Shown here one piece after another: positions 1-33,400 of a stretch of DNA of 64,000 nt (the stretch's first letter is position 1; each line of letters opens with the position of its first letter). The position numbers and the translations under genes were made by a program. Below the pieces are notes generated by a model. The model had not been told where the DNA came from. It ran no database searches and saw nothing but the letters and a program-made list of their open reading frames with translations. This stretch comes from Balanoglossus misakiensis. Taxonomy: Eukaryota > Animalia > Hemichordata. Location of the stretch: contig CM082584.2 of the NCBI GenBank assembly GCA_040954595.2, positions 7,583,919 to 7,647,918 of the forward strand. Direction: 5' to 3'.

Positions 1-283
1 ATCATAGTCTGGTTTGGAGAAATGTCTTGTGTGTTGCCAGAGCAACTGACATCTTGGGTTGTCAGTCTGTCTTGAATTATTCATAAGACAGTGTAGGAGA
101 TGTCGGTGTAATATGATATACCGACTCCGTCAATATTCCTCGAGCCAACGTCTTTATGATTGATTTTAATTAATGTTGTGTGGGAATAATTGTCCCATTA
201 TTTTCAAGGTCATTTTCAGTACCAAGGTCAAGGTCTTCTTCTTGTCTCTCTTCTTTCTCTCCACACATTTCTACCACCCTCAG

Positions 284-322
284 TCTAGCAATACTGGACG
301 TAAAATTCATTCAGAGGTTGAC
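284..322 (+). other. Candidate 39-nt cassette exon of MAST
   Basis: Long pyrimidine tract plus CAG at 281-283 and donor AC|GTAAGC. Length is a multiple of 3 and open in the phase needed to join exon 1544. Confidence 0.35.
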
Positions 323-1283
323 GTAAGCATGATTTTTTGGAGCGGAATTTCTCCACTTTTGTCTCTGAACATCTCTTGTTTGTTTGTGTCTCTCTAAAAC
401 TTTTTCAAAATGTTTTTAACACCTTTGCTGTCTGACATGCATGCGTAGCAAGATTCGACAGTTTCAAGTCGTGTCCTTTCAAGACCTAAACTTCTCACTC
501 GACTAATTCAACCATTTCCTTTTTTTGCTGCATGTTCTTTCTTTGGATATCATAAGTATTTGTGATCGTGTTTTTAAAAAAAAGACATTCTTTTTATTCA
601 GTTTCACAGTGTGTTTTATAAGGCATGATTTCTTCATATTGCAGTTGATGGTGTTCACACAAAATGGCTGCAAGTGCAAAAAATACACACATTTTTTTTT
701 ATCATTCCAAGCCTACACCTGAGTACGAAAAATTTAGATTCTGCAAGGATCTTTGTGAAAGGAATGGTTATATTATGAAGGATGCTGGTTACACGTATAA
801 GATAATTTGAATTTTTTAAACTTTGGTGCACTCAATTGTCTGTGAGTGGCATATGGCAATTATTCAACATGTTAACAGTTCATGAAAGCGTGAACCAATC
901 ACACCTTTCTTAAAATAGAAAAATACAACATTGGAAGGGTGCAAACTACTAGTTTGTCGTTCTGTCTGCTCACTTCCTGTGAAACTTGCACGACAGAAAA
1001 ACGGACACCATCACCCCTCAGATTTATATCATGTTCATTCATGTCAAGTTGTCGAAAATATTCATGAATGTCCACATTTACAGACCAGCCAGTTTGGATC
1101 AGTTCATTATTTCTTTTAACGCGACAAGAAATATTCGAATCAGCGGTGAGGAAAATGCAACATGTGCGGTGGCACATTGTACATATTGATGTTTTCTATC
1201 ACAGATCATGTTTTCTATGGCCTTGTACACTCGGCCACAGAAAACTGCCACCAAGGTTACTATGTGCCCTGCTTCTATCAGAT

Positions 1284-1376
1284 TTAACCCTTTCACCACC
1301 ATGGTTTGGTCCAAATCCATTGTATTCCCTGGTAAAACTGGACCTCTAAAGAGGGAACTGGGGGTGAAAGGGTTAG
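1284..1376. mobile_element. 85-bp piggyBac-type MITE (TTAA-CCCTTTCA...TGAAAGGG-TTAA family)
   Basis: Terminal inverted repeats with CCC/GGG ends flanked by TTAA/TTAG. Homologous copies occur elsewhere in the window. Confidence 0.8.
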
Positions 1377-1543
1377 CTCTGTTTTGTAACACACCGCTGA
1401 CGTGATGTGTTCCAGAGACAGTCCTGGCATTTTTTTTGGTATGAATAATATGGCCAGCGCTGTCAAATTCACATTTTTCTGCAAAGTGATGGCAAGCTTG
1501 AGCTCAGTTGTCTTGACCATGGATCTTTTATTTTCATTTTTAG

Positions 1544-10528
<8,985 letters not shown>

Positions 10529-13181
10529 ACACCTTCAGATTTACTGTTAGCGCAAAAAGGATAACGGGGTCAACTTCAGCCTTCACCCTTCCCTGCACTT
10601 GAAAGCGATGTGGGAACGTACGGAATCTGCTGCACTTCGAGGACTTGAACTGCAAACTTTGCACAAGGAAATTATAACCTTTCTTAATAACAATACAGAG
10701 CTGCACTGCCAAACACAAAATGCATTTTGCTGTTTTCCAAAGAACAATATTACAGTTAAAGCAGTCATTGGGTGTGTGCTTAATGCAGAGGTATTTACTG
10801 CGTTGGCAGCAGTGATCTTACGGAGATGAAAACAAAAACTTTCTGAATGACGTTTTAGAAATATTTATTGACCCAAATGCCAGTTTCAGAGGTGTGTCCT
10901 GTGGAAAATATGAAGTGTGGTTATTTGAAAGAAGGAAGAAAGTCATCATGCTCTCTGTCAGATGCAATATGTTACACATCTTGTTGGGATTTCTGTATTG
11001 GTGTTTCACTGGCTGAGATCCACCCCATATCGTATATCTGTATAAAACATTTACAAGTTTGTAAAAAAAGATAAAAAAAGTAAGAAAAAAAAATTGAAAA
11101 AAAAGTATGGCTGTTTAAGAGACTACTTTTGATGAGATTTCTAGAAATATGTGTACTAAATATAACTAATATATTATTCTTCTTGAGAAAAGTTCATGTA
11201 AGCTGTGTTGCCATGGAATCCATTGTCGTCAAAAACCGCTGGAGTGGTGTCAACATCAACTTGGGGATGTATGATGTGAGAGAGACCGTTTGCAAGCAAA
11301 ACTGACTTTTTTATAATTACATAGTGTCCTGTGAGATTTACTGTGAAAATCACTGCAGGGTGGGTTTTGGGGGACGCTGGGTTTGGCAGATCCTTGTAGG
11401 GTTGGTTGGGGGGGAGGGGGTGTTGGTTTCTACATATCCTCGCAGGGTCGGTCAGGGATGGGTGCTGGATTCTACAAAACTTGCCCTTCTGAAATGAGCA
11501 CCTTTGATGATTTATAACTGACATCTGTCACGGACGCACATCTCGTGGCAAGTTTGTGTTTTTCTAGGCTTCCTCGCTCATCTCTGCGATATTTGTCCTC
11601 AGTGCTGTCTCTGTCTCAGATATTCTGTGAGGTTCAGTGAAAAAGAATGTGCTTGCAACGTAACAAGGTGTAGAAATAAAAAAATGTCAAATTATCACAA
11701 AAATTAAATTAAGCCCTGCAAGCTACACATATTGGGATCACTCTTTAGTTTCATGAATGGATTGTTAGGATAAGGATTTGCACAATTGCTGTAGATGTTG
11801 GGGGAAGCAAAGGCAGTGTCTTTCCTTGCAACCGTGTGTCATTGCAAGGTTTCCTAACAGCAGCAGAAATGGAGAAGAGAATGGCACCAGTCAATAGTTA
11901 CCACCTTTAGAGCTACACAGCATGAAAACATTCCATTTGTAAATAAATCCAATTTTTCTTTTTTGCTACTTGCCACACTTCGCATACAGTTCTGTAAATT
12001 TACGCACTGCACACATGCACACATACATACATACACACACTACAAAATTCCTGTGGTTGCCATGACGCAATACTGCACGAACAAAGGGGGATTATACCAT
12101 TAAAAGTTGGGGGAGTGTAGTGTGAGTATACTTTCTCCCATGTCTGCATTGTAAATGGACGCACACAAGTTTGTTTTTTTTGTAAATTTGTAAAACTTTA
12201 TTGCTGATAATTCTCAACATTAGTGCATTTACATATTGCCAAAGAGTTGGTCACGCTTCTGTCATTTTTTTTGCGTACAGAGTTATTTTTTTTTCTTGGA
12301 AGGTGAAGTGCCCAAAAGTTTCAGTGATCCCGTCAAACCATTGTCCATTTTAGGAGAAATGAAACTTGGCTAATGACATTTCCGAGACAGGAACCGGTGT
12401 ATTTGCCAGTGTCAAGTAATTATGCAAATATTAACAAAACAATTTGCATAATACTTCAATGAACATAAGTATATATGCAAATTGTCAGAAAACTATTTGC
12501 ATAATACATGAACATTCAAATGATATGTAACTATATGTAAACATTCATGCAAATTACATGAATATTCATGTGTACAAATTCTCTGATTAGCCTACAATCT
12601 GAGGATTGGCCATGCATCATAGATGTCATTTCATAATGCCTAGATGAGTAAAACATTGCTGACAAAAAAGTTTTACATAGCAAATGAAAATTGAGCACTG
12701 TTTGTATGAGAAAGTGTAGTTAAGTTTGAACAGAAATGGTTTGGAACATGTTTTGTTTCTCCACTTCTAGGCACATGATGAGTGTTTTCCAGTGTTTTTT
12801 TTACACTATTTGGGTGAGAACGTAGCAGTTAACATGCGAAAGTGCTGGTTTAAAATTTGCATAAAAAAGTTACACATAGCTGTCTTTCCCATGTTTATAT
12901 ACTGTGTGAAACTGTGAGCCGTGTTATTGGGACAGAGTACATCTAGCAGAAATCCTGTTTTCTTGTGGGAAGTTTTCTGCTGGAAAGTTTGCCTACCTGT
13001 CTTATGTCAAAGCGAGAAATGTAAATGTGATTTGCCTGGTGTGAAGGAAAGACAGAAGAACGTGTGAAAACAAAAGCATCATGGATTGTGAACTTTGAGG
13101 GCAGACTGATCCATGGAAAATGTAGTTCGGGAATGTGACCTAACAAATATAAATGTACATTTGTTTAAGATATCTTTTGCT

Positions 13182-13187
13182 AATAAA
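13182..13187 (+). terminator. Probable MAST polyadenylation signal (3' UTR about 2.7 kb)
   Basis: AATAAA followed by a GU-rich tract (ctttgtgtgctgtgtt), shortly before the DIMT1 promoter. Confidence 0.55.
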
Positions 13188-13529
13188 ATGTCAGTATTTG
13201 CAGTATAAATCTTTGTGTGCTGTGTTATTATATTAAGTGAATTACATGTAATATTACAGGAGCTATACGTTGTTCTCCAAGTGTGTGCTTGCCCGGTCTG
13301 GTGACCTCAAGTGACCCAGTGACCTGACCCGTTTTACACGTACGTGAGTACAGTTCCGCCATCAAAAGGTGTAACATACCGTATATCTTACATATTTCCC
13401 CCAACATCGTATTTTATTTAAAAATCAAGAATGTTATGCCCCATGCCATATGACTGACAGGCGGAGCTGGTGGGCAGGAAGGAAGCCAGCACAAGGATTG
13501 AAGCGCCCTCATAGAATGACCTCTGCCCT

Positions 13530-13540
13530 CCGCCATCTTG
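13530..13540. promoter_or_regulatory. YY1-type motif in the DIMT1 promoter
   Basis: CCGCCATCTTG about 170 bp upstream of the DIMT1 ATG. Confidence 0.4.
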
Positions 13541-13707
13541 TTTGGTAATCGTCAACAGACGCACGTGTAAACTGAGTAGTGTCAGCAGTTTGGAAGTTGT
13601 TGCCTTATTATATTGGATATATATTGGCCAGCCTGACGAAATAGTGTCCTAGCTCATGGTGTGGTGGTCAACTTTCTCCCTAGACTTCTTCAAACGGTTG
13701 ATAAATT

Positions 13708-20799
<7,092 letters not shown>

Positions 20800-23083
20800 A
20801 TGGATTCCGGAAAGATCGCTTTTGGAAAGAAGCAAACCCTATAAGTCTCCCTTTCCCAGGAAAGAGATGATTATTGACTTTCTAAGCCCCGGATGTTGCG
20901 ACCACGTCAAGCCAATGAAGAGGACAGACCCTGACCTCCATTACAGCCACTGAATAACTTACTCAGTCTATTTTAATTTATTTCTTCGAGAAACGCATAT
21001 ATTACTAGTAATAAATGGATCAATTGTATATGATTTAACTTGACTTCCTATTTATTCAGTTTTATGTTGTGAAAGTTTGATTTGAACACAGTCCCACAGT
21101 CTGTGAAAAACTACTGCTGTCATTGGAAATTTTTTTTAATCAAACGTTTTTCACCCCCAGTGTGATGTAATAATGGCACATCCCATTTTGTATTTGGACA
21201 TCGGGTGTACCATGCATACCGTTTAGAGGGGTGGTCACATGTTTTTTTTTTTTTAATGGTTAACTAAATCTAGCCAAAAGTTGTGTTTCAAAGACTTACG
21301 AGTTGTTCTGGAATGCAATGATACATGACACAATTCACACCAGGATTTTATTTTTTCAATATCACAAATGTTTACTTCTATTTAACTGAAAGATGTACCT
21401 ACTACAAAAGACAAGAATATTACATTTCTACCTCAACTACTGTATAATTTAAAAAAGGAAAAAAAAAAGACATCTCTCAACTCAAATGACAAAATTTCAA
21501 AATATTGTTATGTATGTACAAGTACTGTGGTTGCAGTTGCAAAATTTGTCTCTGTACAACAAAATTCATTGCAATGGCAATGACGATATTTGGAGGGGGG
21601 TTGCTCTCACAGAAAACACAATTGTGGAAAACATTGTTAACCTTTTCACCCCCCAGGACCACTTGCTTTGCCGCGATCCCTACGCTTGGTGCCCAGGGCT
21701 CGCGGAATTCGAAGGAAGGAGAGTGACGTGTGGGCAAGGAAGGTTTCAATGTTTACACCACTCGAGTTTAAATTTACAATTATCAAAAAACCCGGGGAGG
21801 AAAAAATCTGAAGTCACTTGGTTTGGAGACCAAATATACAATGTAGGAATTAGAAGTATTGTCAAAAATATTGCTAAAAGCATTAAGCTCCGAAAATACA
21901 AAAATTTGTTTCAAATGTTGTGAAAACGCTAAAGCTTCTAAAGTACAACTACATACGCCTGATCCTACTGTGTTGTTCAACTACCGGGTAAACACAAAGC
22001 AAAACTGAACTGGCTCAAAAAAAAAAATGTTTCAGTGTACCGCAGACTTTCACAAAGTAAAACTTAAACAAGAAAGCTGATTTTCTAATCTACTGACAGT
22101 AGCACATTCTGCCAAGATTTCTCAAAACACAAGCTGACTGACGCCAACTTTATTGCATACTTCACTGCTTTTTATTTTTTCCCCTCCTTTTTTCTTATCA
22201 AACAACACAGATGACTTGGCCAATTTCAGTTCTATGGTTCCTGTGTTCATTGCACAGTGCTTTGATTCTTGTTTATATATGTACATATTACAGCTACTGC
22301 TATGGCTTGCAACAACCATATATTACAGTATTCACTTGAGACTACGGGGCCATATATACATAATACACTCGTTGGACAAACAAAAGAAAGTCTAATTTTT
22401 TGTATATTTTCTCTGTCTCACTCTGTCCACTCGTCTTGCCCAATTCGAGATTTAACGTCAGGATGCAATTTCATTTTGGAAACTTGCAACATTTCTTGAG
22501 CAGTAATACGCAAAAATAACTATCACTATGAAAGCTTGACATTCCAAAAAAAAAAACCCTCCACACCACCAGATATAGTTACTAATCATTGTTCGCAGTT
22601 CTAAAATGCAAAGCTGCCAGACTGATTAATGTATTCTGTAGTGAAGTTGAAGAAACCGTCATTGGCCTGTACAGTTCTGTGATAAAAATCAAAATTTTTA
22701 TTATCACGAAATTGTGAACAATTCTCACTTTACTACTTTGTATATGTAGTTCATTCATGATTTTTTCTTTATTTTTACAACTTTTTCCCCTCCAAGGAGA
22801 TGTTTGTGGTACTCTATCTTATTAGATGCATGAAGGCAATTGTTAACTCACAATATACACAGTATTTCACAATTTCAGAGCTTATTTTCCACTGTCTATG
22901 CAGCTCTGATTCCGTCCTAAGTACTTTCATTGAAAAATATACATACGGTCTTTGGAAGAAAAAAAAACATATATATTCCGGACCTCAAAGTAGAAGACCC
23001 AGGCACTTGAAGCATCATTTTTGCACGTTCATAGTTTTTACAACATTGTTATAAACAACACAAGGCCAAGTTTCAACCAGTAT

Positions 23084-23208
23084 GGCTTTGCTCAATCTGA
23101 TTAAAATCAGATGTAGGGAACGGCGACCTGGTTTTTTATTATGCTGTGGACAGCATAAAACCACGTCGCCGTTCCCTACATCTGATTTCAATCGGATTGG
23201 GCTTTGCT
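23084..23208. mobile_element. Foldback MITE (107 bp) with 9-bp target-site duplication, Mutator-like
   Basis: Element 23093-23199 is almost wholly palindromic (caatctgattaaaatcagatgtagggaacggcgac ... gtcgccgttccctacatctgatttcaatcggattg). It is flanked by GGCTTTGCT at 23084-23092 and 23200-23208. Confidence 0.8.
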
Positions 23209-23230
23209 CAGCATGTTTGTTTTTCTACTT

Positions 23231-23323
23231 TTAGCCCTGTCACCCCCAGTTTCGTCTATCGAGGTCCAACTTTATCATAGAAAACAATGGATTTGGTCCA
23301 AACCATGGTGGTCAGAGGGTTAA
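23231..23323. mobile_element. piggyBac-type MITE copy (reverse orientation)
   Basis: Shares atggatttggtccaaaccatggtgg and the ...agggTTAA end with the 1284 copy. Confidence 0.75.
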
Positions 23324-25323
23324 ACTCAAAGTGAAGGTCGGTGTGTCCAGTAGTCCATATTCTTACAAACGTGCTCAAAACTAGTACAAAACATTAATAT
23401 TATTTTTTTTTGGTTTGGAAAATTTGAATTTTGATAGCAAACCCTAAATTTAGTTTCTGCCACCTGAACAGTGTGCTGGGGCATACACCGGGATTTTTTT
23501 CCATCGTTTCTGTACTGTCTGTCGAGTCGCACACAACCAAGCAAATGCAGTACTATGAAAAAGCGTGGCACAAGTTAGACCAAACACATGTAGTACGAGC
23601 TTCTCTGTCGACGTTCCTCGATAATTCCTCGCTAAATAGGTCCAATATTAAATTTTTCGATTTATTCAGTATGCTAATCAAAGGCTCAGAGTACTCAAAA
23701 GACAAACGAACAAACCTGACAAAAGTAATTTCTGAAGCATGTACATGTACGCTTACTTGATTATTCTGGTTTGCACCTTTGACGTAAAATATCAAAAAAA
23801 AATCTCAAGCAGTGCTATAACCCCGGTTTAAAACAGTCCATCAGGACAAATGTTCTAAATTCTATGAAAAATGGCTTTATTAATATTCAACATGATGAAA
23901 AGGAATTAGGTAACATATTAAACACAAGTCATACTAGTATGAACCATTTGTGAGAAAGATCATTGAACTGAAAATAACATTTGGGCCAAATGGATAAGGT
24001 AGTGGTGGTTCTATTTCTCAAGAAGTTTGCCCAAGAGTGGTTTCAATTGTCCAGGACTTCGCAGAAGTAGTACGTACACAAACCCTGCCCTCTTTAAGCA
24101 CTTGAAAGAATTACAATCGCCAAGCTGAGTAATACACAGTGTAATCAGATTTCATATTTGTGTAAGAAGTGTTACCCTTGGCACGGCAACTAGTGTGTGG
24201 AAACTCCACGTTTCTGCCAACCTTTGCCTATCCTTCAGCAGTTAACCCACACCTTTTTTTATTTCACAAGAAAGGATCCTTTGCCTGTAGAATGTCTGTT
24301 GTTTCATTTCTGACCAGTCAATGGTCAACATTTCTGGAAATGCTACACATGTAGGTCCCTGATAGACATCATGGTGTCCATGTTTTGTGGCCACGATGAA
24401 CAGTCAATTTGAATAACAAAGACTGTTCCTGATCATCTCAAAACCTGATTTTAAATTATTTATTTTTTTTGCATAATTTTTGCTGTAGCTAAATCAATTT
24501 GTAAACATCTTTTTGCCCTTATGGGAACTTTCGAAACTCTACCTCTTGTACTTATTATTATAGTCTCATTACACCATCTAAAAAATGATGCTGCATAATA
24601 GTGTGTGAAAGCTTGTAAGAAAAAAAACAAAGACTGGAGAATTTTGGACTTGTAACAATATGGAACAGCTTTCCTTTGAAAACAATCCATTGTAGAAAAA
24701 AAATAGAAACTCCAAAACCCTGGTGAATATCAAACGACAGAAGTAAATCAAGGGTTTGTAGAGTTTTGCTAGAAAACGTGACATTAGAATAAAAATTTAA
24801 ACAAAAAACGCTCACTCATGTTAGTGTGAACTGAAGTCAGAAGGAACGTACCCAAAATGAGACAAGACCGCTAGTCATTAAACCACAATTGTATACCTGA
24901 TTTACAAAACAATACAAACTTGCCAATATCCTCTAGACAAGTTGACTTCTATTATATATATATATATATGTATATATATACACAACACTTAGACAATGAG
25001 TTGATCACCGACCTTGTGCCCTTTTCTCATTTATAACCTGATTTAACAAAAAGCCTCTGAAAAAAAAACACTTTTTTTAAAAAAATGACTTCACTGCACA
25101 ACAATGCAGTGAGCCAGTCGATACATTGCGCAGCACATTTTTGAAAAACAGTTTTGTTTTCCTATTCATTCAACCATGAAAAATAAAATATTGGCATGAA
25201 AATATATGTATAAATCCCAGAAAAACAGGATTTTTTTCTTCTGTCTCTTTTTTTCTTAAAATATACATGTGGAACTAAATCTTGGGACATTCTCTATACA
25301 GCTCTCTCTCTGTTGAGGTTTCA

Positions 25324-29188
<3,865 letters not shown>

Positions 29189-29700
29189 TTTGAATGAGTA
29201 TTATGGGTACGAAAATTAGGTTCAGAGGTCCCGGATGTAATTTACATGCAGCACTTACGTCACTTTTTAAATACTGGCTTTTTGATTGGGTAACTTCGTG
29301 CCGAGGATTACTTGAACTAATTTCAAGTTATTCTTCGACTGTGTCAAGCATGATTGCTATAATGAACTCAGAGATTCTTTCCGTAAATGAGCACACTGTC
29401 GGATACAATATAATTTATATAAATGTCCATATCACTGGCAAACCTCAAAGGACCTGTGCTATGACCTAAAAATCCTGACCAATCAGAGCTTGTATTTCTT
29501 ACACCGACTCCAACATGCAAATTTACATAGCAACACCAACACGGCGGTATAGCATAGTAGTTTGAATATATCCTGTTTACAGTGCATGTGAAGATTGCAT
29601 AGAGATATTCGCTCATCGAAACTTGATGGTTATGACCGATTTGTGCCATTGATTTCGGCAAATACGTGTGTCAACGGGTAAAAGCAAAGCGTAAGTATGA
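29189..29700. promoter_or_regulatory. Bidirectional MIER/DNAI4 promoter region
   Basis: The two genes diverge from here. CCAAT near 29479, octamer ATGCAAAT at 29515-29522 overlapping an X-box-like ATTTACATAGCAAC (29521-29534), and a probable DNAI4 5'UTR exon donor at 29690|GTAAGT. Confidence 0.55.
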
Positions 29701-30203
29701 TTTATCTTGTTTGATCGAAGTCTCTGTATGTCCCCACTATACTGACACAGTCATGGTGACATACACAGTGACACTGCACAGTACCCCCCCCCCCATCGCT
29801 GAATCGGAAACGTACCAATAATGACAGTATTGATTATTGTTGATATAGTTGCGCATTTTACTCTACAGAATTTAACGAATGCAGTATAAAACTGTGATAA
29901 CTACTCGATTACAGCAACAGTCGACCCCACCCCCGCCCCAGCCGTAGTACAACCCCATGACACCACAGGGGAAGTACATGTTGGCAGTGCTCAATCAGTC
30001 AGTTCACACTTAAAATCACAAACTATTATTTTGTTAATATAATTTACAAAGTATGAAAAGTGTTGACAATTATAAGTATCAGTCTTATAATCCCATTCTT
30101 GGTTTAACAATAATAGAGTTTACAGCTTAATTAATACACAAACCAGAATTTTTAATTTACACTGAAATGTGTCATATGTCATTACATGTTCTGATTAGTC
30201 GAT

Positions 30204-30369
30204 TACAGAAACCTCTCTAATCAGAACACCTCTCTAACAATTTTTTCAAGATAAAAGTTATAATTTGAATAGAATGTTACCTGCGCATTAAAGACACAAC
30301 TCTTAAGTCACAGTTTGAAAAGGTGATTTCTGCTCCCAAAGGTGCCCTCAATAGACAGGTTTCACTGTA
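30204..30369. mobile_element. Tc1/mariner-pogo-like MITE remnant
   Basis: TA-cagaaacctctcta ... tagacaggtttcactg-TA. Related cagtgaaacctgtc ends also occur near 4186 and 33878. Confidence 0.5.
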
Positions 30370-30419
30370 TTTCAATGTCCAAGTATTAATGTTGACGTTT
30401 CACTTAATATATTTGAAGC

Positions 30420-33400
30420 ATGGCTCAAAGAATCGGTGCAAGCAACAAAGGCAGCAAGACCAGCACACTGCAAACAACAAGTCAGACCAGAGCTAAAGAC
30501 AAGCAGACAACGTTTGCAGCATCCAGAACAACAGTTGCCACTTCGTCCAGCCAAAGAAGTGGAGGCAGACTCGATAAAGACCAACACAAACTCGCTGCCT
30601 CCAAACACCATGGTGTTGTTGTAAGTTTTTGAGTAGTTTGTCAACTATCATTGTAACACTGCTTGTGACTGAAAATGATCGCTAATGATTATAAATGGAT
30701 AAGAAAGTGCCAACTATGGGGATCATTTGAGTTTGAAACCACTGTGACTCTAGGACAGTTCTTTATAGAAAGAGAGAGAGAGAGAAAGAAAGAGAGTATA
30801 AAAGTCATGCAAAGTTTATTTATTCCAAAAATATATATCCACATCCTATAAAAATTGACGGTTTTGTCTAATTGATGTGCTGCACAGGTACTAGATGAAA
30901 TGGGCAATGATGTGACCCCTCTCAGCTTGCTACACATCGACCCCAGTGCTGTACGCCCCAACCAAAGCAAGATCTTCGGCCATACTGGTGCAGATTCCAC
31001 GGCAGGAACAGTAAGTGTTTCTTAGCAATATGCAAATCTGCCCTTACTATACATTGACTTGTATTATCCCTGAAATTGGAAGCTTGTCTATCACAGCTGT
31101 ATTTTTGTAACTTGCTGGGCCTGTATACCGTACAATTCAATTCACTTGTACTACCTTTTTATTCAACTAATGTTTATTATCCTACATTTGGAATTTTGTC
31201 ACTTGGGCTACTGTTCTATTTTGTTCAGCTCTCACTATAAGTAATGTTACTTCATTTGCAGCCAACAGACCTGATGTCCCAGGCGTCCATATACCAGACA
31301 GGCAATGCAAGCTTTGCTGGTCCTTTCACCAGGTCAGTCAGTCGATAGTTCACACTTTCTTCTCTATGCTTTGTTTCAAAGTCCAAAAGGTGCACTGCAT
31401 GTCTCTGATAACTCTTGATTCTCTGCCAGGCTGGTTTGTAATTTCAAATTCATACGTATAATCCTACCCCTTTTTATCACCATGGTTTGATCCAAGCCCA
31501 TTCTTTTATATGGTAAATTTGGACCTCTTTAGAGGGAATGGGGGGGGGGGGGGGGCGTGGGAGGTTGAAAGAGTTAATGCTCACTTAAGGCATTGACTTC
31601 ACCCAAACATAACCCCACATACTGATACTTATCGGTTTTGCTCTGCCAACTTTTGCAGATCGGTGTTTGGAAGTACCTCCCAATCTGGACGCTCCACTCC
31701 GGAGTCCATGTCGGATGAGATAGCTGAGCCTGGTGCCGCTACGGATATATCCACAGGATTAGACAGTAAGATAATGTGCTATACATGTATATATAGTGTT
31801 TAGACTATTGTCACTGGGAATAATATGGGGGGAAAAACAGGAATTTTAATCTTGATTTATATAGGAGCAGAGATGCAGGCAAAAGTATTGAAAACAAAAA
31901 AGTAGCGCACTATGTTCATCTTGATCATTTTTTTATGTATAAATCTGTCGAGGAGAGAGAGAGAGCAATTTAAGCATGGTAGCCACCACTCTATTGAGAA
32001 GACAATAGAAATTAATTAACATAACAATTGGTTATGTTGTTATGCAAATTAGTCACCACAGAGAACACTGTTACACCTTTCTTTCTGTGTCTCTGCACAT
32101 CAGATATTCAACACAGGCGCGAGGAAGTGAAAGAAGAGCTGTCGGAGGAAAGTCTCAACAAATTAGTCGACATCAATTTGGAGGAAACGGAGACCATCTG
32201 GTTGCTGGACTTGACCGACACGTGTGTGTCAGCCGAGAGTGACGAAGCCGCCGGCATCAGAGAAAGAATAGACAAATACAAAGAGGTGAGATGTCGTGCT
32301 GTGGATATTGCTCGCTGTAAATTATTTTGGGACCAATTTTGACGGCTTGTGTTGTGGTCCAATATGTTGTTATATTATAATGATATGTCTGGCTGTGCCA
32401 CAGCTAGATTTCACAGCAAGGGCTAATGTGGCGAAATTTGTGGTGTAAATGTAAAATTATGTCTCCTACATACATTTGTAGCTGTAGTTCACACACACGG
32501 GCTACAATGTATCTTTGGTCCAGGGCCATGTAACTTACGGTAGACTGTGTTTTCATAGTCCGTACGGTCAAATTATTTCTACCTCAGGGCCCAAGTTTTC
32601 TTGTAGACCCTGGTTTCAGCCAATCTGATGGCTTCATGCAGAGAACAATCGGCATTCAGTTTGACTGAAAAAGTGATTTATTTTTTGCCCTTCCAATATT
32701 CATGCACTTCGATTCTGAATTCTTCTGCAGTTAATCAAGAGTCGGGTCGGCAATGACCGATACGCAGAGCGAGGAATGCAAACGTTCAATGAGGCTCCCA
32801 AACAGAAGGAAGTCCAGACAACAAGGATAACACTAACGGTAAATATTTTTTTTTTAATTTTCACATATGATCTTGTTTGAACACTTCTGATTTTCAAATG
32901 ATGTAATCGTTTTGGGCTTTTCTCCAGAGCAAGCATATATGAATTTTTCTCCCTTTTTTCCTCCTTATTAAAACAGGATACAGGTGTCATGGCAACCAAT
33001 TGGGATATGTATGATACCTATGAGCAAATGGCAGCTGAAACAAAAGAAAAAGGTAAAATTGTCAGATTGTAAAAGTATATCTTTGACAGTTTAGGGGGAA
33101 ATTTTCTTGATAATAATAGGTTTCTTCTTTATTTTTTTAACCTAAAATATGAAACAGTTATTGCAAATCTAATTATATGTCAAAAAATGGCATAAAAACA
33201 ACCGGACCAGACCACCAAAATAACTCATATAGATACAGCAAATATGAGTAAGTCTAAAAATCAGCCAATGCACATTAAGCCATATGTTAGAATTGTCCAA
33301 TTACAGGTTCTGTTGTAAGAACCCTGACAACATGTCCAGAAATCAACCAATCAGCCGTCTTGTTTTGCAGACGCGGCGGCAGAGGAAGAGGACGAGGTAC

